The translations under genes and the position numbers were made by a program. A stretch of 63,798 nucleotides of DNA, counting the filler, from Octopus bimaculoides (lineage: Eukaryota), in the NCBI RefSeq assembly GCF_001194135.2. It is 5 parts of 5 records of this genome, joined end to end, with 100 filler letters (N's around TTAATTAATTAA, not from the genome) between each part and the next. Parts side by side here need not be neighbours in the genome. Positions count along the whole stretch, not along the records: positions 9,045 to 32,756 come from NC_068994.1; positions 32,857 to 42,339 come from NC_068984.1; 3 more parts are not named here. The stretch is one strand, 5' to 3'. Below the pieces are notes generated by a model. It saw nothing but the letters and a program-made list of their open reading frames with translations, was not told where the DNA came from and searched no databases. The stretch's first letter is position 1. Each line of letters starts with the position of its first letter. Positions 25,616-39,395 of the stretch are shown in pieces.

Positions 25616-26853
25616 CCTGCGCCTATATATATATAAGGGTAAAGACCCACTTCGGTCATGAATTACCATGGGACTACACCTAGAAAGTTACTCTCCAAGG
25701 CACAAGTTTGGGCAAGATTGTTTATGGAAGACCAGCAGTTGCCCATGCATACCAGCCTCCCCCTCCACACCACCAATGTTATCCAAGAGAAAGGCAAAGG
25801 CCAATACAGCTTGGCACCAGTGACATCACAACTCATTTCTACAGCTGTGGAAACTGGAGCGACATGAAATAAAGTGTCTTGCTCAAGAAAACAACATACA
25901 TCCCGGTCCGATAATTGAACTTGTAACCTCATGGTTGTGAACCTGATGCTTTAACCACTGAGTCATATATTTATATACATATATATGTGTGTGTTTGTCC
26001 CCCCACCACTACTTGACAACTGGTGTTGGTTTGTTTATGTTCTGGTAGCTTGGCAAAAAAGGCTGATACAATAGGATTTACTCAATTCTGGGAAATGATA
26101 AAGAAATTTGGATTCAATGTTATTTGAATATAGGAAAGAAATATTATATCTGAGTAGATAACAAGAAAACAATGATGCTGGCTCTCTGTTTTCTGTATCA
26201 TTGCCAGTAGCCACTAGCTTCCCATAATGAATAGCATTTCCAAAGAGGTTTCTCTCTCAAAAACACCTTCTCACACACACACATCTGCTCATTCCATTAT
26301 TACAATCCAATATGTAGTATCAGATGCTGGTGTACGTTAGTTAAAATACATATTAAAATTGAGAATTATGGAAATATTATTTGCTGAGTTATTGTATAAC
26401 AAAACAGGAAATTTGAAAATTTTTGGTGTTATTTATTCACCATTACACCTGTTTCATTTGTTAATAGTAATTTTAAAATTTTATATGCTAGATAGACATG
26501 TAAATAATTTCCTGTTAGAATTTCTTCACACAGAGAAATCAAATAATTAGATAATTTCTCTGTCTGAAGAATTTCCAATGGGAAATTCCTTACAGTAAAT
26601 GAAATGCATGTAATGGTGAAGAAATAATACCAAAAAATCTTTAATTTCCTGGACCCCTCTGTCTAGCATTCGCCATGATAAATCGCTAGCCACTATCCCT
26701 TTTCCTATTTTCTCTCCGTTTATTTCTGTGTTCTTTTCTGTCAAAGAGCATAGGCTTGAAACATAAAAGACTTTCTCACTTCCCAAGTGTTAAACTAATA
26801 TATCTGTTTGTTATTTATATACCCGTCTTCGTCTTTTGTTTTTTGTAAATTCT

Positions 26854-26889
<36 letters not shown>

Positions 26890-26893
<4 letters not shown>

Positions 26894-27976
26894 AACACAT
26901 CTAGGCAATTAATACAAATTGAAAAGCTTAATTTAAAGCACATAACAAAATAAATATACATTTAAATTTATATAAATAAATGAATAAAATTACATGTAAA
27001 AGTTATATGTGAAAACTATGCATCATGTACATTGGGTTCACATACCAAATGGAGAAGGGAGAAATATAGAGATAAAAATCCAAGGTAAGGGTCTCCCAAA
27101 GGAAATGTTCCAATCGACTAAGAATTTGATGTTTATAAGAGTTATTGGATGAGAGTTCAAAATTTCAAAATTTAGAGGAATATAAATTTGGTAAAATATT
27201 ATTACATAAGATAAATATACAAACTCAGAGTTAAAGGACGCCATCTATGGCAGTTTCATGGGTATGTTAAGTGTATAAATGGCGTTTTAAGTATTCCACA
27301 TACAAAACTATAATGCTCCCCTTCATCAGAATGGTTTCCTTCATGATGAAATCCTACATGATAATAATTTGATAGATTAAAGAAGGAAGAGATCATTTTT
27401 TTATTTTTTTAATAAATTTTCAGAGCTCATATGCAAATGATAATATACTGGCTAGAATGGAAGAGTTCAAAGTTGAGATATTCAGATATTAATAAGATAA
27501 GTTTTAATAGGTTTAGTTACCAGATCTAATTCTATATGCCCTTAGAAATGTTGAATAGAACTTATGGGTATATTTTTTGTATTATTAGTAAGTTTACAGA
27601 GCTCATATTTAAGTGATAATATACTGGCTACAATGGAAGGGTCTAAGATTCACAGCAAAGGCATTCAAATATTAATACGCTGAGTTTTAATAGATTTAGT
27701 TAGAAGGTCTAATTCTATACAGCCTTAGAAATGTTGAATAGAACTTACAGGTACATGAAGGAATTGTATCTGAAAGTTTATTCAGCATATTAGCATTAAA
27801 TAATTTTAGAATTAGATACGGTATGTGAACCCAATGTACATGATGCATAGTTTTCACATATAACTTGTACATGTAATTTTATTCATTTATTTATATAAAT
27901 TTAAATGTATATTTATTTTGTTATGTGCTTTAAATTATGCTTTGCAATTTGTATTGATTGCCTAGATGTGTTCCTT
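26890..27976. repeat. Long inverted repeat (157-bp arms) enclosing a tandem duplication
   Basis: 26890-27046 is the near-perfect reverse complement of 27820-27976; the spacer holds direct repeats at about 27421-27570 and 27598-27752. Confidence 0.9.
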
Positions 27977-29269
27977 CTATGATTTCTCTTGCAATGAGCA
28001 CTTCTTTATACAGCCCATATATTGTGAAGTATACTTAAAAACATACTTTATAAGAAAATTTAATTTTATACACACACATAACAGCCACCCACACAGTTTT
28101 TGTCAACAAAATTCAATTGTAAGGTATTGGCCAGCTTGGGACTAGAGTGGAAGACATTTACTCAAGGTATTGTGCTGTGGGATCTCATGCATCCCAATGA
28201 AATATCTTCTATGCTGTAGTTGTCTGAGTTTTGTAGTGCCTGGGACTATAAAAGGAAATATGTAAAACCCTTAATAATAAAGTTAAAGCTTGAATATGTC
28301 TGTTATTTTTAATGTAACATGTTCAAACACACCGAGAAGATTTTATTACCAATATTTAACCTGGTTATTGTTACAATATACATTTATTATCCTTGACTAA
28401 CTCTTCCTTTTTTTTCTTATTGAATGCACAGTTGCCAGCAACATCTCTATGTTAGATTTTCTGTATTGAGTACACATTTAATATCTTTAGAAAATGGAGT
28501 TTTTGTGAATTCATTCTGCCTTCAATGACCTTAAGACGGTGGCAGATCGTTTTAAAAGCAGTGTCATCGCCACTCTTTGAATGTTTGTGAAAAATTAAAA
28601 GCTATGTTGATATAGCTATAATGTAACATTCTCAAAATTCCTCTCTGATGATGGAGAGCACACTGCGTCCTGTGTACGGACCAACATGGAATGCTGGTAT
28701 AGAAGAACGTGCTACTATCACAAAAATCGTTAACTACAATTACTGATGCCACAATTGTTATTGAACCGGAAATCTCTAATCCTCGCTGTTTGCTTGGCAT
28801 TGCACTCGATGAAAATGCAATATCTCTACATTGCATATTGGTGTTAACAACAAACAAGATGAGGACAAATATCCGTCAAATATAAATAGTGTAAATAATG
28901 TACATAATTCCTCATCCCTTAAATATAGAACTGTTCATTCTTTACATGCAAAAATGTATGTGCGCTCATATGTGAGTGTGAGTATGTGCGTGAGTGTGGA
29001 ATTGAATTGGTGGAGTTCTTAGAACGATGGATGATATGCCTTGCGATATTTGTGCCAGCTCTCTGGACTTTGAGTTCAAATTCTACCAGGGTCGGGTCAG
29101 TGTTGCTCTTTCACTCTTGCTGGAGTGATGAATTAAAACCCCAATCAAGTACTTGTGTGCAGACCATTCTTTCTGTCAGCAGTTATATTCTGGATGTTCT
29201 GCAAAGTCAATGGCAGTGGGGGCTGAGAAAGTGTCTGCACATTTGTCTGTATATGTGTGCATGTGTTTG

Positions 29270-30074
29270 TCTATATTCTTTTACTTGTTTCAGTCATCTG
29301 ACTGTAGCCATGCTGGAGCATTGACTTAAAGGGATCTAGTCGAAAAATTGACCCCAGAACTTATTCTTTGTAAGCCTAATACTTATTTAATCCGTCACTT
29401 TTGAGACTAATACTTATGGGGACATAAACACACCAGCATCAGTTGTGTACACACACACACACACACATGATGGGCTTCTTTCAGTTTCCATCTACCAAAT
29501 CCACTCACAAGGCTTTGGTCAGCCCCACAGATATAGTAGAAGACACTTGCCTAAGGTGCAACACAAAAAGACTGAACCCAAAACCATGTGGTTGGGAAGT
29601 AACCTTATTACCACAACCATGCCTCAATCTAATCATCATTTAATGTTCATGTTCTATGCTAGCACAGGTTGGATGGTTTGACAGGATCCAATGGGTCCTA
29701 GGACAGCATCAAAGTCTAATGCTTACCTTGGCATGGTTTCTACAACGAGATGCCTTTCCTAATGCCAACCACTTTACAATGTATAGTGGGTGTTTTTCTC
29801 ATTCCACAAGACTATTGACATCTTTTATTTTTGTCTTGTTTCAGTTATTTAAATGTGGCCATGCTGGGGCACAAACTTGAAGGGTTTTTAGTTGAAAAAA
29901 TTGACCCCAACACATAATTTTTTAAGCCAAGTATTAATTCTATCAGCCTTCTTTTGCCGAACCATTAAGTTACAGGAACATAAACACACTAACACTTGTT
30001 GTCAAGCGGTGGTGGGGGGACAAACACAGACACACAGACACACAGACACACACACATATATATATATATATAGA

Positions 30075-30120
<46 letters not shown>

Positions 30121-30272
30121 ACAGGCTTCTTTCAGTTTCTGTCTTCCAAATCCGCTCACAAGGTTTTGGTCGGCCCTAGACTATAGTAGAAGCCACTCAC
30201 CCAAGGTGTCATGCAGGGGGACTGAACCCAGAACTATGTGGTTGGGAAGCAAACTTCTTACCACACAGCTAT
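29270..30272 (-). mobile_element. Two minus-strand SINE family A copies (about 29270-29625 and 29830-30272) around an RTE-tail repeat
   Basis: Family A tail, body and head motifs in reverse complement. Confidence 0.8.
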
Positions 30273-30486
30273 GCAGCTCACAAGATTACAAAACTCTGAA
30301 GGAGTGGGGTGGGGCAGAGCAGGTCCTTGTTATTGTAGGAGCTACATGNNNNNNNNNNNNNNNNNNNNNNNNNNNNNNNNNNNNNNNNNNNNNNNNNNNN
30401 NNNNNNNNNNNNNNNNNNNNNNNNNNNNNNNNNNNNNNNNNNNNNNNNNNNNNNNNNNNNNNNNNNNNNNNNNNNNNNNNNNNNNN

Positions 30487-30535
<49 letters not shown>

Positions 30536-30763
30536 ACAGGCTTCTTTCAGTTTCTGTCTTCCAAATCCGCTCACAAGGTTTTGGTCGGCCCTAGACTATA
30601 GTAGAAGCCACTCACCCAAGGTGTCATGCAGGGGGACTGAACCCAGAACTATGTGGTTGGGAAGCAAACTTCTTACCACACAGCTATGCAGCTCACAAGA
30701 TTACAAAACTCTGAAGGAGTGGGGTGGGGCAGAGCAGGTCCTTGTTATTGTAGGAGCTACATG
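30117..30763. other. Exact 232-bp duplication across a gap (30117-30348 = 30532-30763), probable unmerged contig overlap
   Basis: Base-identical copies separated only by Ns and a (TA)n tract. Confidence 0.8.
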
Positions 30764-31134
30764 ACTACTTGTGTTTACAGACGAGTGAGATTGAATCAAG
30801 TTGTAGCTGTAAAAAAGATAAATTGTAGTGATAAGGTGCCCAGGTGGTACATCAAGACATGAGGTGAGCAGAAGTGAATGGGGACAGAGAAACCATTAGT
30901 GTGAATGGGTGGGTGGGGGGTTTGCAAGAGTGTATGGCTAGGGGTCGGGGTTAGTAAGGAGCAGAGAGTTAGGCAACATCTGCAAAGATTGGGGAAAGGG
31001 TGAAGGGTGAATGTAGGGAAAGGGTGATATGGGGAAGGTCAATGGTGCATGAGATGGGGAGATGAGAAGCAGATGAGGAGGAGGGGGAGAAGAAGAATTG
31101 GAATAATAGTAATAATCCTTTTTGCTGTAGACAC

Positions 31135-31329
31135 AAGGCCTGATATTTTGGGGGAAGAGACTAGCCAATTACATCGACTTCAGTGTTTCACTGGTACTTA
31201 ATTTATCGATCCCGAAAAGATAAAAGGCAAAGTTGGCCCCAGCAGAATTTGAACTCAGAATGTAAGGATGGACGAAATACTTCAAAGCATTTTGTCCAAC
31301 ATGCTAACGATTCTGCTAGCTTGCTGCCT

Positions 31330-31366
<37 letters not shown>

Positions 31367-32260
31367 GAGCATCACCATAAGAGCATCACAGCAAACCACA
31401 GTACATACCCAAGGCACACAGAGCTGCGCTCGGTAGTGAAGTGAAAGCACACTATAAAAATAAAACTACTGAATAATAAAAATAATGATAATAATTAGAA
31501 GAAGCAGAAGGGGAAGAAGAAGCAAAGGAGAAAGAAGAAAATTATAATCATTGCCATAAAACAGCTACAACCATATTTATCATCCACGTGTCATGGGGTA
31601 AGTGGAAACTACTGCTTGTAACATTCATTTACTAAACCTAATAATTCATCGAAGTTACCTCCCTTACATCGGAAATGCCAACTGAACGACAGCACGGGTT
31701 TGTATTAAGCATTGGCAAAATGACCCTCTCAAGATACAACAATAGGTGATTCAACACACTATTTCGTACCAAAACAAATACAAAAATATCTAACTGGCAA
31801 ATTTATATCCAAATTTCAGAATGAACGTAACTAACTGTTGATATTTGGTGTGTGAATGTGTTTACATCATTGAAGACGGCAAGCTGGCTGAATCATAAAG
31901 TACCCTGGGCAAAATGCTTGTGTCATTTCGTCTGTCTTTACGTTCTGAGTTCAAATTCCGCCGAGGTCGTCGACTTTGTCTTTCATCCTTTTAGCGTCGA
32001 TAAAATAAATGGCCTGGTACCAAAATTCGAAGCCAATATTTGGTGTGTGAGAAAATGTAGCAGGCTGGCAGAATCACTACTGCACTGAAAAAAATGCTCA
32101 GCAGCATTTTTTACGTTTTGAGTTCAAATCCTGCCGAGGATGACTTTGCTTTCATCCTTTTTGGAGTCAATAAAATAAGTACCAGTTAAACACTGGTGTC
32201 TATGTAACTGACTTATTCTCTCTCCTGAAATTACTGGCCTTGTGCCAAAATTTGATCCTG
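31135..32260. mobile_element. Three SINE family C copies (31135-31330 minus; 31885-32040 and 32060-32260 plus)
   Basis: Family C motifs gagttcaaattccgccgaggtc, aaaataagtaccag, ccttgtgccaaaatttg. Confidence 0.8.
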
Positions 32261-32514
32261 ATATTTGGTGTGTGAGTGTAAAGGTTCAAAATGGCCAGGT
32301 AAATAGGATGCTGACCAACCAACAAATGTTATTACTGGCTCATATCAGGTACACATAGTATTCTATTTAATCTATGGTTAATATCTTTAATGAGCGTTTG
32401 CATTTAGACAGCCATGACATATGTTTTACTCCAGTGTTGTCAAATAGTGGCATATAATGGAAAGGAACTAATGGAATAGTTACTCTTAATATGTGTGTGA
32501 GTAAAAGGTGTATA

Positions 32515-32571
<57 letters not shown>

Positions 32572-33074
32572 GTTGTATACTGCCAACTTAACGTGACAGT
32601 CCCAATAAGGGAATACACTACTGCTGTTTAGCCCTAGGAAGCCAGACCGCTTCCTATTAGGCCTTGACACACTTTCTGTGCCCTTATCCGTACAAAGGGG
32701 AGACAAACTCCTCCAACCAGCCCAGCCTGCATTCAGGGACATGTTTCTGAGTCTTTNNNNNNNNNNNNNNNNNNNNNNNNNNNNNNNNNNNNNNNNNNNN
32801 TTAATTAATTAANNNNNNNNNNNNNNNNNNNNNNNNNNNNNNNNNNNNNNNNNNNNACACACACACACACATATATATATATGTATATACGACGGGTTTC
32901 TTTCAGTTCTACTACTAAATCCACTCACAAGGCTTTGGTCGGCCCGAGGCTATAGTAAAAGACACTTGCCCAAGGTGTCACACAGTGGGACTGAACCCAG
33001 AACCACGCCTGCACTTGTATGTATATTCTTCTATTCTTTTAATTGTTTCAGTTTCAAAGTTGCGGTCATGCTGG

Positions 33075-33794
33075 TGCAACACCGTTGGCTGTGCTATACC
33101 ATTATTTGAAACCTCCTCTGATATGTGGCATTTGGTGAATGAGTGAGATTGATGCTGCTGCCCTCATCTGTGTTCCCTGCCGTGAGATAGGCTCATCTGG
33201 AACCCTTGACGGAAGAGATCCAGTTTTGTTTTGAAGGCACCTACATCCACACCATGTAGGTATCTCAGGCATTTTGGAAAGATATTGAAGGGCTGTGGGT
33301 CCTTGAAACCCAAGGTGTTGCAGTATCTGGTCCTATATTTCGAAGGTGATGCTGGGGTCTTTGACACTATGCGTTGGCACCCCGTTCTGCTGTTTGTGTA
33401 ACTTTCAATACCAAAGTTTGGTACAAGGCCTTCCAGAATTTTCCAGATGTATATCACTGCATATCTTTCCCACTTTCGTTCTAGAGAGAAGAGGTTTAAC
33501 TCTGTCAGTTTTTCCCAGTAGCTAGTATGTCGCATTGAGACGATCTTCTTCGTGTAGCTTCATTCAATTGCTTCGAGTTCCGCCGTTAATTTTGTATCGT
33601 GGTGAACATAGTTGGGAGCAGTAGTCCCAACGGCTGAGGACGTAAGCCCTCCAAAGGACCATCATAGTCTCCTTTTCTCTCGTTTTGAAAATTCGGAGGA
33701 TCCATCCAGTTAGCCGTCTGCATTTTATTACCAAATTAGTAATATGTCCTTGGAAAGATGCATCATTACTCATGTCAGTGGTCAGGTCATGCAA
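33075..33794 (-). mobile_element. CR1/L2-group LINE 3' fragment (post-RT region)
   Basis: HITNLVIKCRRLTGWILRIFKTREKETMMVLWRAYVLSRWDYCSQLCSP, then after a frameshift SYWEKLTELNLFSLERKWERYAVIYIWKILEGLVPN...FKTKLD; typical CR1/L2 C-terminal motifs. Confidence 0.85.
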
Positions 33795-34195
33795 TGATAA
33801 TAATATTAATAATAATAAGGATTTCTTTTATTTGCTGCCAGGGCGAAAGATGAGTGGCACAGTACAAAGGCAGACATAAGGTGTGGGGTATACATATAAC
33901 GAAATAATAAAAAAAAAACAACAGAAATAATAAATAAGAACAGAAAGTGAAACAGAGATGATGAGAATGCCATTTTCTGTATTCCCACCGTGTGCACGCG
34001 TGTGTATATGTGTGTGTGTGTGTGTGTGATCGCGCGTGTGTGTGCACGCGTGGGTGCGAGCGCACATGCGCACTCCGTGCCCTATCTCTAATTTAATGAT
34101 CTGTTGATGATTAAATGAAAAATAAATTAACTACCTGTGGTTTATTGTGTGGACATGTGTGTGTGTTTGCATGTGTGTGAGAATGCGCATGTCTA

Positions 34196-34241
<46 letters not shown>

Positions 34242-34894
34242 TGCATCTGTATGTGTGTATCGTATCTTCATCCCTAATCATTTTTATCATAATCTTTTCT
34301 TGATAATTAAATAANNNNNNNNNNNNNNNNNNNNNNNNNNNNNNNNNNNNNNNNNNNNNNNNNNNNNNNNNNNNNNNNNNNNNNNNNNNNNNNNNNNNNN
34401 NNNNNNNNNNNNNNNNNNNNNNNNNNNNNNNNNNNNNNNNNNNNNNNNNNNNNNNNNNNNNNNNNNNNNNNNNNNNNNNNNNNNNNNNNNNNNNNNNNNN
34501 NNNNNNNNNNNNNNNNNNNNNNNNNNNNNNNNNNNNNNNNNNNNNNNNNNNNNNNNNNNNNNNNNNNNNNNNNNNNNNNNNNNNNNNNNNNNNNNNNNNN
34601 NNNNNNNNNNNNNNNNNNNNNNNNNNNNNNNNNNNNNNNNNNNNNNNNNNNNNNNNNNNNNNNNNNNNNNNNNNNNNNNNNNNNNNNNNNNNNNNNNNNN
34701 NNNNNNNNNNNNNNNNNNNNNNNNNNNNNNNNNNNNNNNNNNNNNNNNNNNNNNNNNNNNNNNNNNNNNNNNNNNNNNNNNNNNNNNNNNNNNNNNNNNN
34801 NNNNNNNNNNNNNNNNNNNNNNNNNNNNNNNNNNNNNNNNNNNNNNNNNNNNNNNNNNNNNNNTATATATACATATAATTTATGTATATATATA

Positions 34895-34940
<46 letters not shown>

Positions 34941-36498
34941 CACATTCAATATATATATAAATATATATTTTTATTATTATGTATGTGTGTGTGCGTGAGA
35001 GAATAGGTATATGTATATGTAGTATATATGTATATTTATATCGATATATATATATATGCATATGTATACGTACATGTAAAGAGAGAGCAATACATCAGTT
35101 TTACTCTGTAAAATTACCAATAATAATAATATTCCCCAATGCAGTACCAGGCAGTAGTCATGACAGGTATATTGGGTTTCGTATATTCGTACCCCAGTGT
35201 CACTTTAATGGCATGCGCTGCTCTCTCACTCAATAATAATGATAACAATAAACTATGCCCGGATGCAGTACCAGACAGTGGCTCTCATGGCTTCTGATGT
35301 TAACTGATTGGAAGTGCTACCATGTACATGTTTTATCTTGGTATAAAAGAGGGGTTACAGCAAATATTCTGCTCAATACCACAGATTTGCTTGTCAGTCG
35401 TTTGACCATAACCAGTTGAACATCTCCCATGGTGGCTGACAATATGTGCATCTCGGATCACGAGCAGGAGTAGTGGGGGAGCATCATAGCTATGTGTTGA
35501 AAGGATTACCCTGTAGATTAGATCCCCCAACAATGACCAATTAGTACAAAATCGGGAACCATTGCACTTTAAACCTTTGCTCACAGACATGCTGTCTCCT
35601 CTCTCTTTTCTGCCCTTACAATAGTGGTCTTTGCTTTTCAGAGTTAACTTGTCGTGTAGCACTTCCTCTCAGGCACTCCGGTGGCTTAAGACAGAATAGA
35701 CGGTGCTGAAGACACTTAAGGACTATATTGGTAGTATTAAAATGAGTGACGAGTTAAGATTACCGCCCCAAAACATAAATGGCATTCCTTCCGATGCAGG
35801 TACCACACACAGTTCCCGTATATTAAATTTCAATAACAAACTTTTGGTCGATCCGAAGTTATCGTAGGAGATACTTGCTAAAGGTACTGTGCTGTGAAAT
35901 TGAACGAGGAATCATACAGTTGCGAAGCGAACTCCTTTATCATATAACCTTGCCTTGCACCCATAAATAAAATTCTGCAGTATTGCAATCAGACGTTGCT
36001 AATTAATTATGTAGTTATTAGAGAAGGTGTTTATGTCTAGTATCCGGAACGACGGCAGGAAATACTAAACAACGCTGGCGTGTTGCAATGTTGTTTTGCA
36101 CCATAATGGGAAAAGCGGCAAAGAAAATAAATAAATTTTGGTATAAAATATAAGCTATACAACAGCAGCAGCAGCAGAAGCTCGTAGCGAGTGTAACAAT
36201 AGCAACAACAACATGATGGAGAAGTTACAATAACAATAAGAGTATCTATTGAAAATAACACAAACAGTGAGAATGAAAATTATTGCTATAACTGCAGCAG
36301 CTGTAATATCAGAAACAATTACTTTGGTGCAGCTCAGAATGGGTGGTGGTGGTGGTGGTGGTATGAGTTGAGTATGAATGTAAAAATGTGGGAGCGTTGT
36401 GTGTGTGTGTGTGTTGGTGCAAGCGCGCGCATGTATTTCTGTGTGCGCACGTGTGTTTCTATGTGTTTGTATGTATGAGTGTGTGTGTGTGTTGTGTT

Positions 36499-36545
<47 letters not shown>

Positions 36546-37289
36546 NNNNNNNNNNNNNNNNNNNNNNNNNNNNNNNNNNNNNNNNNNNNNNNNNNNNNNN
36601 NNNNNNNNNNNNNNNNNNNNNNNNNNNNNNNNNNNNNNNNNNNNNNNNNNNNNNNNNNNNNNNNNNNNNNNNNNNNNNNNNNNNNNNNNNNNNNNNNNNN
36701 NNNNNNNNNNNNNNNNNNNNNNNNNNNNNNNNNNNNNNNNNNNNNNNNNNNNNNNNNNNNNNNNNNNNNNNNNNNNNNNNNNNNNNNNNNNNNNNNNNNN
36801 NNNNNNNNNNNNNATATATATGTGTGTGTGTGTGTGTGTGTAGGTATGGAGGTATGTATGCATATATAAATATCTATGTATAGAATGTTTGAAGTGGTGT
36901 GTGTGCGCGTGTGTGTGTATGAATATATTATAAATATGCATATATTATGTAAATGTATATCGATATATATATATATATATACACATCTATATATATATGT
37001 GTGTGTATATGTGTGTATGGGATAGAGATAAATACACAGAGAGAAATACAGAAAATGCATGTGTGAGTGTGCATGTGTGCGTGCTTGCGTGTATGTGTAT
37101 GTGTATTTGTGTGTGCGTGCGTGCGCACTGAGGGTGTAATGGGAGCAGTAATTAAGGCAAAGATGACGCAGAAAAAAAGGGGTTAATGTATGATGCAATG
37201 GCCTAGGGATTCAAAGAAGGGAATAATAGGTGAGTAATTAAGTTCTTGCCATCGTGTTTTGAGGAGTTTGAGACGAAGATAATGATAAT

Positions 37290-37404
37290 AACGATAATGA
37301 TGACGATGACATTGATGACGATAGTTTGCGTTAATGATTAAGATGATGACAATGACAGTCCTATCGCCACTCTTGACGATGCTGCTGCTGCTGATGCTGG
37401 TGAA

Positions 37405-37452
<48 letters not shown>

Positions 37453-37489
37453 GATGATGATGATGATGACGACGTTGAGGAAGATGACA
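37290..37489. repeat. (GAT)n-rich microsatellite
   Basis: Direct inspection; source of the poly-M, poly-S and poly-H ORFs. Confidence 0.9.
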
Positions 37490-39350
37490 NNNNNNNNNNN
37501 NNNNNNNNNNNNNNNNNNNNNNNNNNNNNNNNNNNNNNNNNNNNNNNNNNNNNNNNNNNNNNNNNNNNNNNNNNNNNNNNNNNNNNNNNNNNNNNNNNNN
37601 NNNNNNNNNNNNNNNNNNNNNNNNNNNNNNNNNNNNNNNNNNNNNNNNNNNNNNNNNNNNNNNNNNNNNNNNNNNNNNNNNNNNNNNNNNNNNNNNNNNN
37701 NNNNNNNNNNNNNNNNNNNNNNNNNNNNNNNNNNNNNNNNNNNNNNNNNNNNNNNNNNNNNNNNNNNNNNNNNNNNNNNNNNNNNNNNNNNNNNNNNNNN
37801 NNNNNNNNNNNNNNNNNNNNNNNNNNNNNNNNNNNNNNNNNNNNNNNNNNNNNNNNNNNNNNNNNNNNNNNNNNNNNNNACACACACACACACACACACA
37901 CACACATGCATATATGGGTACAGGACGTCACCAGCAGTGCAAATACCATGAAATACGTAAACAAACGAGTTAAATACATAAACAAGAAAAAAATGGAGAA
38001 CAGGACAAGTGAACACAGAGAAAAGACCCTTCATCAGTTGTCGGCTGTCTATCTGCTCCTCATTTTGAGCATTCAGCGACAATATGAGACTTTATATAGA
38101 ACATAAAAAGTCAGGAGGTATGAGAGTATTATTCAACCACTTGTCATCCTTAGGATTATGGCCATTAGGATTATAGCCTTTTTCATGTAATAATATTTTC
38201 TGAGTATAATAAATGTGGTTTACGTGTTTACACTAACATGCATTCTCTACATTATACAATGCAAATGTACATTCACAAACGAATACAGATAAAAAAAACC
38301 CAACTCATCCGACTACCAAAATATCATGGTTATACCAATCACACACACACACACACACACACACACCCACACACCCACACCCACACACACACACACACAT
38401 ACACCCACGCGTACACACACGTACATACGCACACACATATATAGAAAGAGAAATTGAAAGACACGGTGCGAGAGGGTGAAAAGTAAGAACGAAAAAGGGA
38501 CTGAGAGAGAGTTTAATGTCAACTGAATGTCGTTCATATTTATGTTGATATATATTTCATGTGTATAAAGTTGTATGCGTGTAATAGTCTAAAAAAATTG
38601 ACACAAAATACGTTGATTGAATAAATGTTTTTACACGTTCGTTGTAGGCATGTTGGGAAAATAAGGGATTATTAAGATTAGTACATATACAAGTTAAAAA
38701 CAGTAGCTGATAGGATGATGATCGAAAGCTGCGAAAAAATTACAGAAAATATTTAGCCAGCCAATTAGGTCTTCTTCAGTTGAAATAGTCATACAGTATA
38801 GGAATGGAGAGGAGCTTGATGTTGTATAGCATTAAGTTGTGAGATGAATTTCCATAAAAAGCAGTACAAAATTTTCGAAATGGAACGTTTAATAGAAAAA
38901 TGCCGGAAAAGTATTATTTGCAGTTAAATAATCTATGGCCGTGTAGTTAAGAAGTACGCTTCGCAACCACGAGGTTTCGGGTTCAGTCTCTCAGTGCGGA
39001 ATCTTAGGAAAGTGTTTTCTACATAGCACTATAACCTTGGGTTGACAGATGACTTGGGAGTGAATTTGGTAGATAGAAACTGTCAGAGAGCCATTGTGTA
39101 TAAATGTGTATGTGTGTTGACGCATGTGTGCGTGTGTGTGTGTGTGTTTGTGTTTGTGTTCCTACGGTTTGGTAAGTTTACATCTCTGTAACATAGCGGT
39201 TCGGTAAAAGATACTGTAGGATAAGTACCAGACTAAAAAATAAGTACTGGGATCGATTTGTTTAGCAAACCTTATAAGACCGTCCTCCAAAATGGTTGCA
39301 ATCTAATAGCTGGAACAACAAAAACAATTGAAGATCCACACACACATATG

Positions 39351-39395
<45 letters not shown>

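Noticed and set aside
30117-30763. Apparent tandem segmental duplication of 232 bp
   Set aside because: Base-identical across a gap next to a (TA)n tract; best explained as unmerged contig ends or haplotypes.
30760-31090. YHLGTLS peptide and pyrimidine tract on the minus strand, resembling a Penelope endonuclease end
   Set aside because: The similarity is too short to support a call without a profile search.
38020-38075. CTGATGAAGGG on the minus strand in a dispersed repeat (related copy at 60370-60410)
   Set aside because: No correctly placed GAAA, stem III or cleavage triplet; cannot be folded into a hammerhead.
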